DNA from: Squalus acanthias
Lineage: Eukaryota
NCBI GenBank assembly: GCA_030390025.1
Contig: CM059438.1
Location: 69,318,001 to 69,382,000 of the forward strand
Direction of reading: 5' to 3'
DNA: 64,000 bases
Part shown: one piece after another, positions 36,217 through 49,410 of the stretch
Layout of the letters: each line of letters starts with the position of its first letter
How positions within the stretch are numbered: position 1 is the stretch's first letter
The notes under the pieces: generated by a model
Seen by the model: only the letters and a program-made list of their open reading frames with translations
What the model was told of the DNA's origin: nothing
Database searches by the model: none
Program-made: the position numbers and the translations under genes

Positions 36217-38029
36217 GGCTTTCTCGATTGGTGGGGTTCCTCAGGGGTGTCATCAGCCAGGTTTGTGGGGGATATCCTTTGTCGCCTAGTAGCCACCCCT
36301 TAAGGGTGGTCCCAGGTACGAACAGTTCGGGGATTTTGGACTACTGTAGTATGAAAGCATCATGGCAGCTACCAGGGATTCTGGTGCAGACGTGCATGAA
36401 CCTTTTCTTGTGATTGCACTCCAGCTAAACATTGATGGAATGAAATCCCTTATGGTTGACGAATGCATCTGGTTGATTTGGGTGCTCAGATTGCCACATG
36501 TCTGCAGTCAATGGCACCCTGCACCTGTGTGAAGCCAGCAAGAGATGAGTCCAAGTGCCCACTCATTCTGGCTGTTGTCATCGCTGGGGAAGTTTACATA
36601 AGTCCCAGACCTTGCAAACAATCCATCTGTCACCTGCCTTATGCATTTGTGTGCAGTGGACTGCGGGATCCTCAATATGTCTCCAGTAGCGCCCTGGAAG
36701 GAACCAGAAGCAAAAAAATTGAAGTCGGTGGTGACATTCACAGCCACAGGAAATGCATGGCCACCAGGACTTGCAGGTAACTGGTCTTCTTCTCGGAGGC
36801 TGCAAATGTTTGCGACCAGCCGAGGTAACAATCTCAGCCTGTGGAAGCACTGCTGTTCAGAGAGCTGAGCCTCTGTCTGTAGACCCTGTTAAATGCGTAA
36901 TGCCTCTTGCGAACTCGACCCCTCTGCTGCTCCTCTATCTGTTGTCCACCTGCAGCTCCCTCCACAACACGCCCTTGCTGCTGCACATGCTGATTGTCTT
37001 CCTCATCTGAAGTCCTATCAAAAGCAGCCATGACGCCACCCATCCTGATGTTCACTGTGTGAACACCTCGAAACTGTACAAATAAGTCTCTCACAACAAG
37101 TACTTTTCACCAAACCGCTGCCCAGACTGAACTGAGAAAGCAGTTGCGAGCATTGAGCCTTTATTCATATCTGGCCTCCTGACCTTTAACCAACCCCATT
37201 AAGTGCCACTCAATCTCGCCTCTGTTTCACTGACGATTTACCCAAACCACAGGATACCCGTATAGGAGGCGTTAATTTCAAATTACTGCCAAAATCTCAT
37301 GAAAGGACCTCATAATTACTGACCCGCCTGTCCAGAACGGGTTTCTCGGACGCCCTCGAACCCACCTCTGTTAAAACGGAAACAGATACGTTAGCGGTAG
37401 CTTAGCGGCAGGTGTCCCGCATTTGACAATTTAACCCAACAACCCCCCCCCCCGCCCCTCTCCCGCCCGTCGTGGGTGCGGGGGGGGGGGGGGGCAGGGG
37501 GGGTTAAAATTCCCCCCATTGACTTTATCCATTAAAGCAACTTTCTTCTTCTCTTTAACTTTTCCCCCATAGTTTCTTTTACACTGTTCGTACAATCACC
37601 ATTAATTATTCAAGGCAGAGCTCCAGTTCCATCTGGTCACCTCTGAGCTTTAGGGGGTAATCTTAACCCCAAAAACGGGTGGGCTTGGGTTGGGTGGGAT
37701 GTTAAAAATGTTAAATCTCAAACCCAAACCCAACGTGGCTTGAACCTACCCACTTCCGGATTCAATGGAGGCGGGAACGGGGAGGGGGTGCAGGCGACCA
37801 ACCCGCTCCCAGGAGGCGGGTGGCTCATTTACACATTTTCTTCCCCTGACCAGAACACCCCCTCTGTCCCCCTGCTTGGAAATCCCACCCCAGTACACAC
37901 CAGGGCCTTAGAATTTAGTAACTATCCTCCTCAGGGGAATGTCTTTGGGGGGTCAAGTGGCTCCAAGGTGGAATGCTTGATGATGGAGGTTTAACAATAT
38001 TAATCTGGGGTACTAACTTGGAAAGAAAT

Positions 38030-38420
38030 GGAAAAGTCTACGATCTCACAGTGCTTCAAAAAGAAGAAAAGGAATGGGCACTAAGTCTTAATGGGAAGGA
38101 TAGGAGAGTTGAGCACAAGCTTGTTTGAAGCGATGGGTTTTGAGAAGGCTTTTAAATGAAGGAAAGAAGGTAGAGAGGCAGAGCGGATAAAGGAGAGAGT
38201 TTCAGAGGGTAAGGCCAAGACGGTTGAAGGTTCTGCCACAGGAGGTGCAGTGGATGGAGGGGTGTTTTAAACCAGGTCAAAGTCAAAGGGGCTTATGAAG
38301 GATGGAGGCAGACAAGGAGGACATTTCATAAGTTGAGCCTAGAGGTGACGAAGGTACTAATAGGGTTTTGGCGATAGCTGGAGTAAGGTGAGGGCAAAGG
38401 TGAGCAATGTTACAGAGGTC
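38030..38420 (-). mobile_element. Degraded L2 3' end
   Basis: NSL...SFKSLLKTHRFKQA, similar to the L2 C-terminus. Confidence 0.55.
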
Positions 38421-39759
38421 CATTGCAATTAAGTCAGCTCTCTATGGCTGAGTTGGTAATACGATAACTGAAGCAGACAAGTCCACAGTACTCCAGGGGA
38501 CTGTTGATGATTGACCAGCCTGCATGAGTCACAAATGGAGGCTGAATTTTTTTCTACTTGGCTCCAGATAACCATGCAAGCCAATGCACTATTGGGCATT
38601 TTGGTTCTGGTTGGACAATCAGCGGGCAGTTTATCAGTGCTCTGTACTGGTACGTTGCCTACTTTTAGGCTGTTAAATTCTGTCAGCACCTTTGTGCACA
38701 CTTAGTTGCCATTAAGTCAAATGAAAGGGTCCAATCGCAGTTGCCTCATCCTACTGTATATTTTTGAGTTCCAAACAAAGTTGCTTCAATAATGTCTGTG
38801 AATTTATAAATAGATTTACGGTTTTATCCATGTTAGTGCAGCATACAGAGGAAATCTTTCCCCCGATGCAACTTATATGTTCAGTTTCTTCAAAGGATTT
38901 GAAAAGAAATCTAAATCTACTTTCATACTGCTGCTCTTTTAGTTGCAATTCCAGGAGACTGGCATCCATGAGCCAAGTCCCAGCATTTACACCATTAAAC
39001 GCCCTGTAATCCCTGTGGCAGACTCGTTGACGCATGACACACGGCGTCTACCAGGATCAAGTGTCAGATTTAATAGTGTAGATGCTGGGAGCTATTAGCG
39101 AGCATCGGTTTTCCCAGAATCCAAACAGGCACCAGCATAGAAGCAACTTTTACCTCCGCGTCACTTGAAGGGGGAATGAAGTTTGTGCCAACAAATTTTT
39201 GCTTTGAACTTGTGTGAACACCAACCACAACAACTTTGCCAGAAAGTTGAGAGAAGAAGGGCTTAACACAGAATACAGAAGCTGTTTGAGGTTTCATTGT
39301 ATCACATCAGTAATTACTGCAGTCATTATCCTTCCACTGGAAAATGGTGATTTGATCTGGAATGGGATACGTCTTGGAACTAGTTGATAACACTTTATAA
39401 TAGAGCTGCCAGACTTATCTTAAAATGCAGCAATTTCACCCATCATTGTGAACTACTACAGACTTAATTGGCTTTGCCCCGCTGATAAAATTACCACCTA
39501 TAACTGTGCTTGTTTACAAGTACAGAAATAACATGTCTGCCACCCACTTTACTGGCAAGGTTACTTTACTGAGACATCATTAGTGTATATGCATGACACT
39601 TGACTGCCTTCTCATGTAAATTATTACCTGCCACGCACATGTCAACACTACTGAATACCCCTCACTAATATGAGCAAAGTTTGTTTGGCTTCTATATTGC
39701 TGCTTTCTAAAATTATCTAGCAAATAAAGTTTCAAACCTTCTTTTATTGGCAACAATTG

Positions 39760-40100
39760 ACGCTGAGAGAGTACTGCACTGTCGGAGGTGCCGTCTTTCT
39801 GATGAGAGTTAAACCAAAGTCCTGTCTGCTCTCTCGGGTGGATGTAAAAGATCCCATGCCACCATTTAGAAGAAGAACAAGGGAGATGTCTCAGTGTCCC
39901 GACCAATATGTATCCTTAAACCAATATCACTAAAAACAGATTATCTGGTCATTATCTCGTTGCTGTTGTGGGACCATGCTATGAAAAAATTGCTTGTCAT
40001 GTTTGCATACATTACAACAATGACGGCACTTCAAAAGTATTTCATTGGCTGTGAAAAACTTTGGAATGTCCTGTGGTCATGAAAGGTGCTAAATAAATAA
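39760..40100 (+). mobile_element. Deu-domain SINE (AmnSINE1/SacSINE1-like), body and tail
   Basis: ctgcactgtcggaggtgccgtcttt...gtaaaagatcccatg...cttcaaaagtatttcattggctgt; further copies in the window. Confidence 0.8.
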
Positions 40101-40102
40101 AA

Positions 40103-40950
40103 GGGCTAGAAATTGCGTAGCGCCCCGTTTGGGGCGATAACTTTTGCGGGAGTGCAAAAGTATCACCGGGCGCTACACAATTGAATCAACAAACAACAAC
40201 AACTTGTATTTATATAGCGCCTTTAACTTACTAAAACGTCCCAAGGCGCTGCACAGGAGTATTAAACGGCAAAAAAAAAATCCGACACAAACTTCCGGTT
40301 TAGCGCACCAGGAGGAAAGTGGAGCGCTAAATCAAGGGCTACCGCTTCCCTTGGAGCGCTAAATGGAGCAAGAGGGGTGGTAGCGGCAGAGCGCTCCACA
40401 ATGTCCCGTGCAGCGCTGCTGGAGTCACAGGCTCATTCCCTCCCTTAAAGGGAAGGGCCAATGCTGAGGTAATTTCAAGGTAAGGCTGAGAATGGTTGGC
40501 GACAGCACCTGCGATCCGCGAAGAGCAGCCCCAAGAACTCCAAGAGAGTGCAGGGCTGATCAATCGCGGGATGGAAAAAATTCAAAAAACAGCACACTGG
40601 GGTGATAATAAAATTTTGGCCTACCTGACTACCTTTAATTACCGCTCCCCAAGCGGCCATCCATGGTGACAACGACTCCTGCAGCTGCCGCTGTCGACAC
40701 CCGGCGATGCTGCAGGAGGCGGAAGTGAATTTAAGATCCGGGGCGATAACGGGGCGCTGCGCACCGGATGACGTCACGATCTAAGGGACGCAACAGAGCG
40801 AGGCGGTAAGTGTTAGCCCCAGCGCAAAACTGCCAGGGAAGTACACGGGCGTCGCTGATTTAGCCACGCCCGGTCGGTAACCCCTTAGCGCCCCATTACC
40901 ACCCCCCGCAGGCGCTAACAGGAGGCGCAAAGCAGCCGAATTTATAGCCC
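40103..40950. mobile_element. CpG-rich Harbinger-type MITE (related to 48518-49410)
   Basis: gggctagaaatt / aatttatagccc ends; shared ggagcgctaaatca and ggcgctaac.ggaggcgca blocks. Confidence 0.75.
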
Positions 40951-41229
40951 CAAGTTCTTCATTTCTTTGAATGTGAGGTAAAGTTTTAAGGTATTCATAT
41001 GGTAGAATCATTACCGTGGTCAATTGGATATCTCAACTACATAATCTATCTTACTCATTCCATCACTCTGTACATACCCATCAGCTGGGCCTGAAATTTA
41101 TTACGCCCCTCTTCAGCCGAACTAGCATGTTCTGATCTACCAGATACTCATGGTGCCTGGCATTATAGTTGTATCAGCATTTATGGTGGCCCTGCACATA
41201 TTATAGATTCGCCTGTGCTTCTTCTGCCA

Positions 41230-41660
41230 ATCTAGTTACGTTATTCCTCAATTTAAATGAATACTATTTTTCTGTTCTGTTCATACATCGCTGATTTGCA
41301 TTAATGACTGTGTATTTGCAATCCCTACAGTGATTAAGAAAGGGAGAAAATATGTTGCATTTTGGAGTTCCTCCCTGTAAGCAAACAATAAATATGGCAA
41401 TGTATCATGCCGGTCCTTGGGGTATGAGCACAGCATACGAGTTAGCATGCTATGATAGCTCTCTTCCAGCTTCTTTTGTCGGAGGGTGGTTTGAGTGGAT
41501 TGGAGTTGTTTTATTTGGCATTTTTCTTCCATTTGGGAATGGGCTGGTGTGCGGTTTGGGAGATAAGAGACCTCATGTCCAGAATATTCAGAAGCTACAT
41601 ACACAAGGGCATACAGGAAAAATCCCAAGCAAAGTAACTGAAGCTTGGTTGAGTGTGTAT
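41230..41660 (-). pseudogene. Ty3/Gypsy integrase fragment, degraded
   Basis: TLPYLLFAYREELQNATYFLPF resembles the LP.LLFAYRE..Q.STG.SPF integrase motif. Confidence 0.75.
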
Positions 41661-41964
41661 ATTTGGCTTAAAATGGACAATTATGCTCCAAATTAAAAAG
41701 GAAAGGTGATTTTTCCAGAAGTGATAGTGAGAAATAGTGCAGTTTTGGCTGCAGATTCTACTGCAACTCCATTTGTCGTAACTAATCTTTAACAATGTTC
41801 TTTTGGTATTCTTTAACAGTAGTTCTAATGTTCTGACACAACATGGGGTGCTTTTATTTTATTTTATCACCAATTTTTATACCTTCCTCTCCTGAATGTG
41901 TTGCCGCGGATTTTTCATTGAGAATAACGGTGAGGCGAACAGCGCTCACTGTTATTACTTAGGA

Positions 41965-44176
41965 TTACATAGGATATACAGCATAGAAACAGGCCATTCG
42001 GCCCAACCAGTCTATGCCGGTGTTTATGCTCCACTCGAGCCTCCTCCCATCTTTCCTCAGCTAACCCTATCAGCATATCCCTCTATTCCCTTCTCCCTCA
42101 TATGCTTATCTAATCGCCCCTTAAATGCAGCTATACTATTTGCTTCAACCACTCCCTGTGGTAGTGGGTTCCACATTCTCACCACTCTCTCGCTAAAGAA
42201 GTTTCTTCTGAATTCCCTATTTGAATTTTTGGTGACTATCTTATATTGATAGCCTCTAGTTATGCTTTTCCACACAAGTGGAAACATTCTCTCTTTATCT
42301 ACTCTATTAAAAGCTTTCATAATTTTAAAGACCTCTATTAGGTCACCCCTCAGCCTTCTCTTTTCAAGAGAAAAGAGACCCAGCCTGTTCATCCTTTCCT
42401 GATAGGTGTATCCTTGGATTTTCTGGTATCATCTTTGTAAATCTTCTCTGCATCCTCTCCAGTGCCTCCACATCCTTTTTAAAATATGGCGACTAGCATT
42501 ACACACAGTACTCCAAGTGTGGTCTAACCAGGGTTCGATACAAGTTTAGCATAACGTCACTACTTTACAATTCTATCCCTCTAGAAATAAACCTTAGTGC
42601 TTGGTTTGCTTTTTTTATGGCCTTGCTAACCTGTGCCGCAACTTTTAGTGATTTGTGTATTTGTACTCCGAGACCCCTTTGTTCCTCTACCCAATTCAGA
42701 TTCTTATTTTCCAAGTAATAAGTGACCTCCCTATTTTTCTTACCAAAATGTAATACCTCACATTTATCTGTGTTGAATTTCATTTGCCAATTATATGCCC
42801 ATTCTACAAGTTTATTAATGTCCTCCTGTAATTTGTTGCAGTCCTCCTCAGTATTGACGACCCCGCCCCCCCAATTTGGTGTTGTCCGCAAATTTAGACA
42901 TTGTGGTTTGATTCCAAGGTCTAAATCATTAATATAAATTGTGAACAATAATGGTCCCAGCACTGAGCCTTGTGAAACACCACTTCCCATCTACTGCCAC
43001 TGTGAATAGCTACCGTTTACCCCTATTCTCTGCATTCTGTCTTGAAGCCAGCTAGCTATCCATACTCCTACTTGTCCCCTGACTCCGCATTCCCTGACCT
43101 TATTCATTAGTCTATTTTGTGGTATCTTATCGAAGGCCTTTTGAAAATCTAGATAAATTACATCTACTACATTACCCTTGTCTACTCTCTCTGTTACCTC
43201 TTCAAAAAAATTCAGTGAGATTGGTCAAGCAAGACTTTCCCTTTTGAAATCCATGCTGACTATTTATTATTATATTTTTCGTTTCTAGATGTTCTTCTAT
43301 TTTCTCCTTTAGCAGGGATTCCATTATTTTTCCGATCACTGATATTAAGCTGACTGACCTATAGTTCCCTGGACATGTTCTATCTCCCTTCTTAAATATA
43401 GGTATTATGTTAGCTATCTGCCAATCCTCTGGCACTACACCTTTTTCTAACGAATTACTAAATATGTGTAGTAATACCTCTGCTATTTCTTCCCTAGATT
43501 CTTTTTAAATGCGCGGATGTAATCCGTCCAGACCAGGGGTTTTATCCTCTTTGAGTTTCATTAGTTTATTTAGTATATCTCCTCATTTTATTTTAAATGC
43601 AGTTAACTCATTACTAATCTCATCATCCAATGTCATCTCCACCTGTTCTATCTCCCTGGTAAATACTGAAGCAAACTAATTATTTAATATCTCTGCCATC
43701 TCTCTATTGCTGCCTGTGGTATTATCCTCTCCATCTCTTAGTGGCCCTATTCCCATCCCCACCTTCCATTTCTTATTTATGTGCCAGTAAAATATTTTAC
43801 TATTTTCTTTTATGATAATTTAATTTCATAGTTCCTCTTTGCCTTCCTAATTGTTTTTTTGACTTCTCTCCTAATCCCTTCATATTCTCCCTTATCATGC
43901 TCTCCCCTGCTGTCCATGTACTTAATGTATGCGTCTTTCCTTACCATCAATTTTTCCCTTACGGCTTTATTCATCCATGGCGTCTCATTAGTGCTTAGCT
44001 TGTTCTTGTTTATTAGCGGAATATATTTTTCCTGGACTCGGTTGAAAATCTTTTAAAATGTTTCCCATTGCTGTTCTACATCATTGTTTGCCAATACTGT
44101 TGTCCATTTTATTTTCCCAAGTACTATTCTCAGCCTCTAATTTGTCTGCATATTTCTTCCTCAACCTCCCTTCCAC
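41965..44176 (-). mobile_element. CR1 LINE, left arm of a head-to-head pair
   Basis: PEDWQIANIIPIFKKG, QHGF, QGSVLGP and C-terminal motifs; 3' tail at ~41965. Confidence 0.92.
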
Positions 44177-44385
44177 GGAGGTGGAGGAAGAAATATGCAG
44201 ACAAATTAGGGAAATGAGTAAAAAACAAAGAATAATAATCATGGGGGATTTCAACTACCCCGATATATAATTGGACAGAAGAGGTAGGGAAAGGGGATAA
44301 GGGAATGGAGTTCCTACAATGTGTAAGGGACTCCTTTCTAACCCAATATGTAAAAAGCCCAACAAGGGAGGATTCGCTATTGGAA

Positions 44386-47359
44386 TTTTTTTTTAATTCG
44401 TTTATGGGATCAGGGCTTCGCTGGCAATGCCAGCATTTATTGCCCATCCCTAGTTGCCCTTGAGAAGGTGGTGGTGAGCCACCTTCTTGAACCGCTGCAG
44501 TCCGTGTGGTGAAGGTACTCCCACAGTGCTGTTAGGTAGGGAGTTCCAGGATTTTGACCCAGCGACGTGAAGGATCGGCGATATACTTCTAAGTCAGGAT
44601 GGTGTGTGACTTGGAGGGGAACTTGGAGGTGGTGGTGTTCCCATGCGCCTGCTGCCCTTATCCTTCTGGGTGAAAGAGGTTGTGGATTTGGGAGGTGCTG
44701 CCGAAGAAGCCTTGACGAGTTGCTGCAGTGCATCTTGTAGATGGTACACACTGCAGCCACGGTACGCCGGTGGTGGAGGGAGTGAATGTTTAAGGTGGTG
44801 GATGGGGTGCCAATCAAGTGGGCTGCTTTGTCCTGGATGGTGTCGAGCTTCTTGACTGTTGTTGGAGCTGCACTCATCCAGGCAAGTGGAGAGTATTCCA
44901 TCGCACTCCTTACTTGTGCCTTGTAGATGGTGGAAAGACTTTGGGGAGTTAGGAGGTGAGACACTTGCCGCAGAATACCTAGCCTCTGACCTGCTCTTGT
45001 TGCCACGGTATTTATGTGGCTGGTCCAGTTAAGTTTCTGGTTAATGGTGACCCCCCAGGATGTTGATAGTGGGGGGATTCCGCGATGGTAATGCCATTGA
45101 ATGTCAAGGGGAGGTGGTTTGGCTCTCGCTTGTTGGAGATAGTCATTGCCTGGTACTTCTGTGGCGTGAATGTTACCTGCCACTTATCAGCCCAAGCCTG
45201 AACGCCGTCCAGGCTTTGTTGCATACGAGCATGGACTGCTTCATTATCTGTGGAGTTGCAAATGGTGCTGAACACTGTGCAGTCATCAGCGAACATCCCC
45301 ATTTCTGACCTTATGCTGGAGGGAAGGTCATTGATGAATCAGCTGAAGATGGTTGGGCCTAGGACACTGCCCTGAGGAACTCCTGGGGCTGTGATGATTG
45401 ACCATCAACCACCACAACCATCTTCCTTTGTGCTAGGTATGACTCCAGCCGGTGGAGCGTTTTTCCCCTGATTCCCATTGACTTCAGTTTTACTAGGGCT
45501 CCTTGATGCCAGACTCGGTCAAATGCTGCCTTGATGTCAAGGGCAGTCACTCTCACCTCACCTCTGGAATTCAGCTCCTTTGTCCATGTTTGGACCAAGG
45601 CTGTAATGAGGTCGGGAGCTGAGTGGTCTTGGCAGAACCCAAACTGGGCATCAGTGAGCAGGTGCCGCTTGATAGCACTGTCGATGGACACCTTCCATCA
45701 CTTTGCTGATGATTGAGAGTAGACTGATTGGGCAGTAACTGGCCGGGTTGGATTTGTCCTGCTTTTTGTGGACAGGACATACCTGGGCAGTTTTCCACAT
45801 TGTCGGATAGATGCCAGTGTTGTAGCTGTACTGGAACAGCTTGGCTAGAGGCGCGGCTAGTTCTGGAGTACAAGTTTCAGCACGATAGCCGGGATGTTGT
45901 CGGGGCCCATAGCCTTTGCTGTATCCAGTGTGCTCAGCCGTTTCTTGATATCATGTGGAGTGAATCGAATTGGCTTCTGTGATGGTGGGGAGCTCAGGAG
46001 GAGGCCGATATGAATCATCCACTTGGCACTTCTGGCTGAAGATGGTTGCAGACTTGTCTTTTGCACTCACCTGCTGGGCTCCACCCATCATTAAGGATAG
46101 GGATATTCATGGAGCCTCCTCCTCCCATTAGGTGGTCCACCACCATTCACAACTGGATGTGGCAGGACTGCAGAGCTTTGATCTGATCCGTTGATTGTGG
46201 GATTACTTCGCCCTCTTTCTAGCCCATGCTGCTTCCGCTTTTTCGCATGCATGTAGTCCTGTGTTGCAGCTTCCCCAGGTTGGCACCTCATTTTTAGGTA
46301 CGCCTGGTGCTGCTCCTGGCATGCTCTTCTACACTCCTTATTGAACCAGGGTTGGTCGTAATGGTAGAGTGAGGAATATGCCAGGCCATGAGGTTACAGA
46401 TTGTGGTGGAATACAATTCTGCTGCTGCCCCACAGCGCCTCATGGATGCCCAGTTTTGAATCTATCCCATTTAGCATGATGGAGGGTCTTCTCAGTATGA
46501 AGACAGGACTTCGTCTCTACGATGACTGTGCGGTGGTCACTGCTGCATCTGCAACAGGTAGATTTTTCCCTCGTGTTCACTCACCACCTGTCGCAGGCCC
46601 AGACTGGCAGTTATGTCCTCAGCCACTCTTGGTGATGGACATTGAAGTACATGCTGCTCTCAGTGCTTCTTCCAAGTGGTGTTCAACATGGAGGAGTACT
46701 GATTCATCAGCTGAGGGAGGGCACTACATGGTTTCCTTACCCATGCTTGGCCTGAAGCCATGAGACTTCATGGGGTCCGGAGTCAATGTTGAGGACTTCC
46801 AGGGCCACTCCTGTATACCACTGTGTCGTTACCCCTGGTGGGTCTGTCCTGCCCAGGGATGGTGATGGAGGAGTTTGGGACATTGGCTGAAAAGTATGAT
46901 TCTGTCAGGCTGTTGCTTGACTAGTCTGTGAGACAGCTCTTCCAATTTTGGCACAAGTCCCCAGATGTTGGTGAGGAGGACTTTGCAGGGTTGACTGGGC
47001 ATGCCATTGCCATGTCCGGTGCCAAGTGATCCGTCTGGTTTCATTTGTAGCAGTTGGTTACAACTGAGTGACCTGCTAGGCCATTTCAGAGGGCAGTTAA
47101 GAGTCGACCACATTGCTGTGGGTCTGGAGTCACATATGGGCAGATTTCCTTCTTTAAAGGACATTAGTGAACTAAGATGGGTTTTTATGACAATCCGATA
47201 GTTTCATGGTTACCATTACTGATTTTATTCCAGATTTATTTAATTAACTGAATTTAAATTCCCCAGCTGCCTGTGGTGGGATTTGAACTCACATCTATTA
47301 GATCATTAATCCAGGACCTACTGGATTACTAGCCCAGTGACATTACCACTACGCTACCA
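44386..47359 (-). mobile_element. CR1/L2-group LINE (endonuclease + RT, degraded) with a tRNA-derived SINE-like 5' end
   Basis: KAMGPDNIP, QFGF, ALDIKAAFDRVWH, MFADD, YKAQVRSAMEY; A-rich tail at 44386; Pol III boxes at the 5' end. Confidence 0.88.
47270..47359 (-). promoter_or_regulatory. tRNA-like internal Pol III promoter
   Basis: A box tagcgtagtgg and B box gttcaaatcc on the minus strand. Confidence 0.75.
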
Positions 47360-48417
47360 TTCCTGATGGATAATGGACAATGAACCAGAGCAGATAAGAG
47401 AAGTAAAAGTAGGGGAACATGTAGGCAATAGTGACCATAATATAATACGCTTTAAGATGATAATTGAGAAGGACATAAATGACGAAAACCAGGGTAAAAG
47501 ATTGGAGAAAAACTGATTTTGAGGAACTGAGAATAGAACTTGGGAAAATAAAATGGGCAACAATATTGGCAAACAACAATGTAGAACAGCAATGGAAAAC
47601 ATTTAAAATGGTGTTCAACAGAGTGCAGGAACAATATATTCCGCGAAAAGGAAAGAACAAACTAAACACTAATGAGATTCCATGGATGAATAAAGCCATA
47701 AGGGAACAATTGAGGGTAAGGAAAGAGGCATACATTAAGTACATAGGCAGCAGGGAGTGCATGATAAGGGAGAATACGAAGAGATTAGGAGAGAAGTCAA
47801 GAAAACAATTAGGAAGGCAAAGAGGAACTATGAAAGTAAATTATCAAGGAACATAAAACAAAATAGTAAAATATTTTACAGGCACATCAATAAACAAAGG
47901 AAGGTTGGGATGGGAATAGGGCCATTAAAGGATAGACAGGGTAATACCACAGGTAATGATAGGGAAATGGCAGAAATATTAAATAATTATTTTGCTTCAG
48001 TATTTACCAGGGAGATAGAACAGGTGGACATGACATTGGATGATGAGATTAGTAATGAGATAAGAGCATTTAAAATAAAATGAGGGGATATATTAAATAA
48101 ACTTTTCAAACTCAAATATGTCCAGATAGATTGCATCCACGCATTTTAAAATAATCTAGGGAAGTGATAGCAGAGGCATTATTACACATATTTAATAATT
48201 CATTAGAAAAAGGTGTAGTGCCAGAGGACTGACAGATAGCTAACGTAATACCTATATTTAAGAAGGGAGATAGAACGTGTCCAGGGAATTATAGACCAGT
48301 CAGCTAAACCTCTATCAAACCTTGGTTATGATGCGGAGATGCCGGTGTTGGACTGGGGTGGACAAAAATGAGAAGTCGCACAACACCAGGTTATAGTCCA
48401 ACAGTTTTATTTAAAAT

Positions 48418-48452
48418 TACGAGCTTTCGGAGCGCTGCTCCTTCTTCAGGTA
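48418..48452 (-). ncRNA. Minimal hammerhead ribozyme motif
   Basis: UAC-CUGAAGA-a-GGAGC agc GCUCC-GAAA-GCU-C-GUA. Confidence 0.82.
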
Positions 48453-48463
48453 CAAGTACTTTG

Positions 48464-48498
48464 TACCTGAAGAAGGAGCAGCGCTCCGAAAGCTCGTA
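48464..48498 (+). ncRNA. Minimal hammerhead ribozyme motif
   Basis: Exact inverted copy of 48418-48452; CUC at the predicted cleavage triplet. Confidence 0.82.
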
Positions 48499-48517
48499 AT
48501 TTTAAATAAAACTGTTG

Positions 48518-49410
48518 GGGGGAAAAATTAGGTCGCGCCCCATTTGGGGCGCAAATATCGTCTGGACGCAAATATTAGCGCCTGGCGCTAATTATCGGCA
48601 CTGACTGGAAACTTCACTTTTACCGCCCTGGGAGGTGAGTGGAGCGCTAAATCAGGCGCTGCACACCTGTCTTAAGGCGCAAAGGCCAAGGAGTGAGGCG
48701 CTAACTCAGAGCGCTGGCGAAGCTCATGTAATGTCAGTCAGCAATGGAACACACACACAATGGCACGGGCCAGTTCTTAAAGGGGATGGTTAATCTTGCT
48801 TTCCATCCACATCCTGTTCATTGCAGCCTTGAATCTCGGCCTGGAGAGACTTGCACATCAAATGTGCTGAAAAGAACAATGGAGAGTACCAGGCAAAGAG
48901 CTCAGAGTGCAGCTCCCACAGTCTCTGCTAAATCGATACAAGGAATGGCAAATCAAAATGAACTTGCAAAGTGCTGCTCAGTACCCAAAACTCCTTCACA
49001 CAACGTTGAATCTCTCCAGAAGTCTCTCCCTCTCTCTCTCAGAATGCGTAGTTCAAAAATGCCACCAACAATAAAAGACAGGAAGAGGCCCCCTTTAAAT
49101 AGCGCCCCCCCCAGCCCCACAGCGATTGATAGCGTTCCAGTCTTCTGGTCGTTGGATGCGCCAGGCGGTAAGGCAGGGGGCGCCACTCAATTTCCGCTCC
49201 GGGGCGCCACAAGGGCGTTGCACCATGGAATGACGTCACAATCTGCGCGCGCAGGTGGTCGCAGCGGTAAAGTTTAGCGCCGCCGCACAATCTCTAGTTA
49301 AGTTCCCGAGCGGCGCAAACATCGCTGCGCCCGGGCGTTAGCGGCTTTGCGCCCCATTAGCGCCCTCTTAAGGCGCTAACGGGAGGCGCAACCAACTGAA
49401 TTTTTACCCC
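48518..49410. mobile_element. Harbinger-type MITE
   Basis: TIR gggggaaaaatt / aatttttacccc; TSD ttg; removing it restores aactgttggactataacc. Confidence 0.9.

Larger units (their letters stand above)
32897..37517. mobile_element. Composite Harbinger: Myb 3' remnant (+) and transposase (-) interrupted by a gag fragment and an LTR
   Basis: Transposase motifs at 36227-37050 (VTTDFNFFASGSFQ); acidic C-terminus ~33600-33715; right end ggggttaaaattcccccc; left end weak. Confidence 0.8.

Noticed and set aside
38429..39297. Cluster of short ORFs as a host gene or LINE ORF1
   Set aside because: No recognisable motifs or consistent frame and splice structure
47270..47359. Genuine tRNA gene
   Set aside because: A/B boxes present but no complete cloverleaf; it continues into a SINE body
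48744..49277. 177-aa ORF inside a MITE
   Set aside because: GC-rich MITE interior with no transposase or other motif
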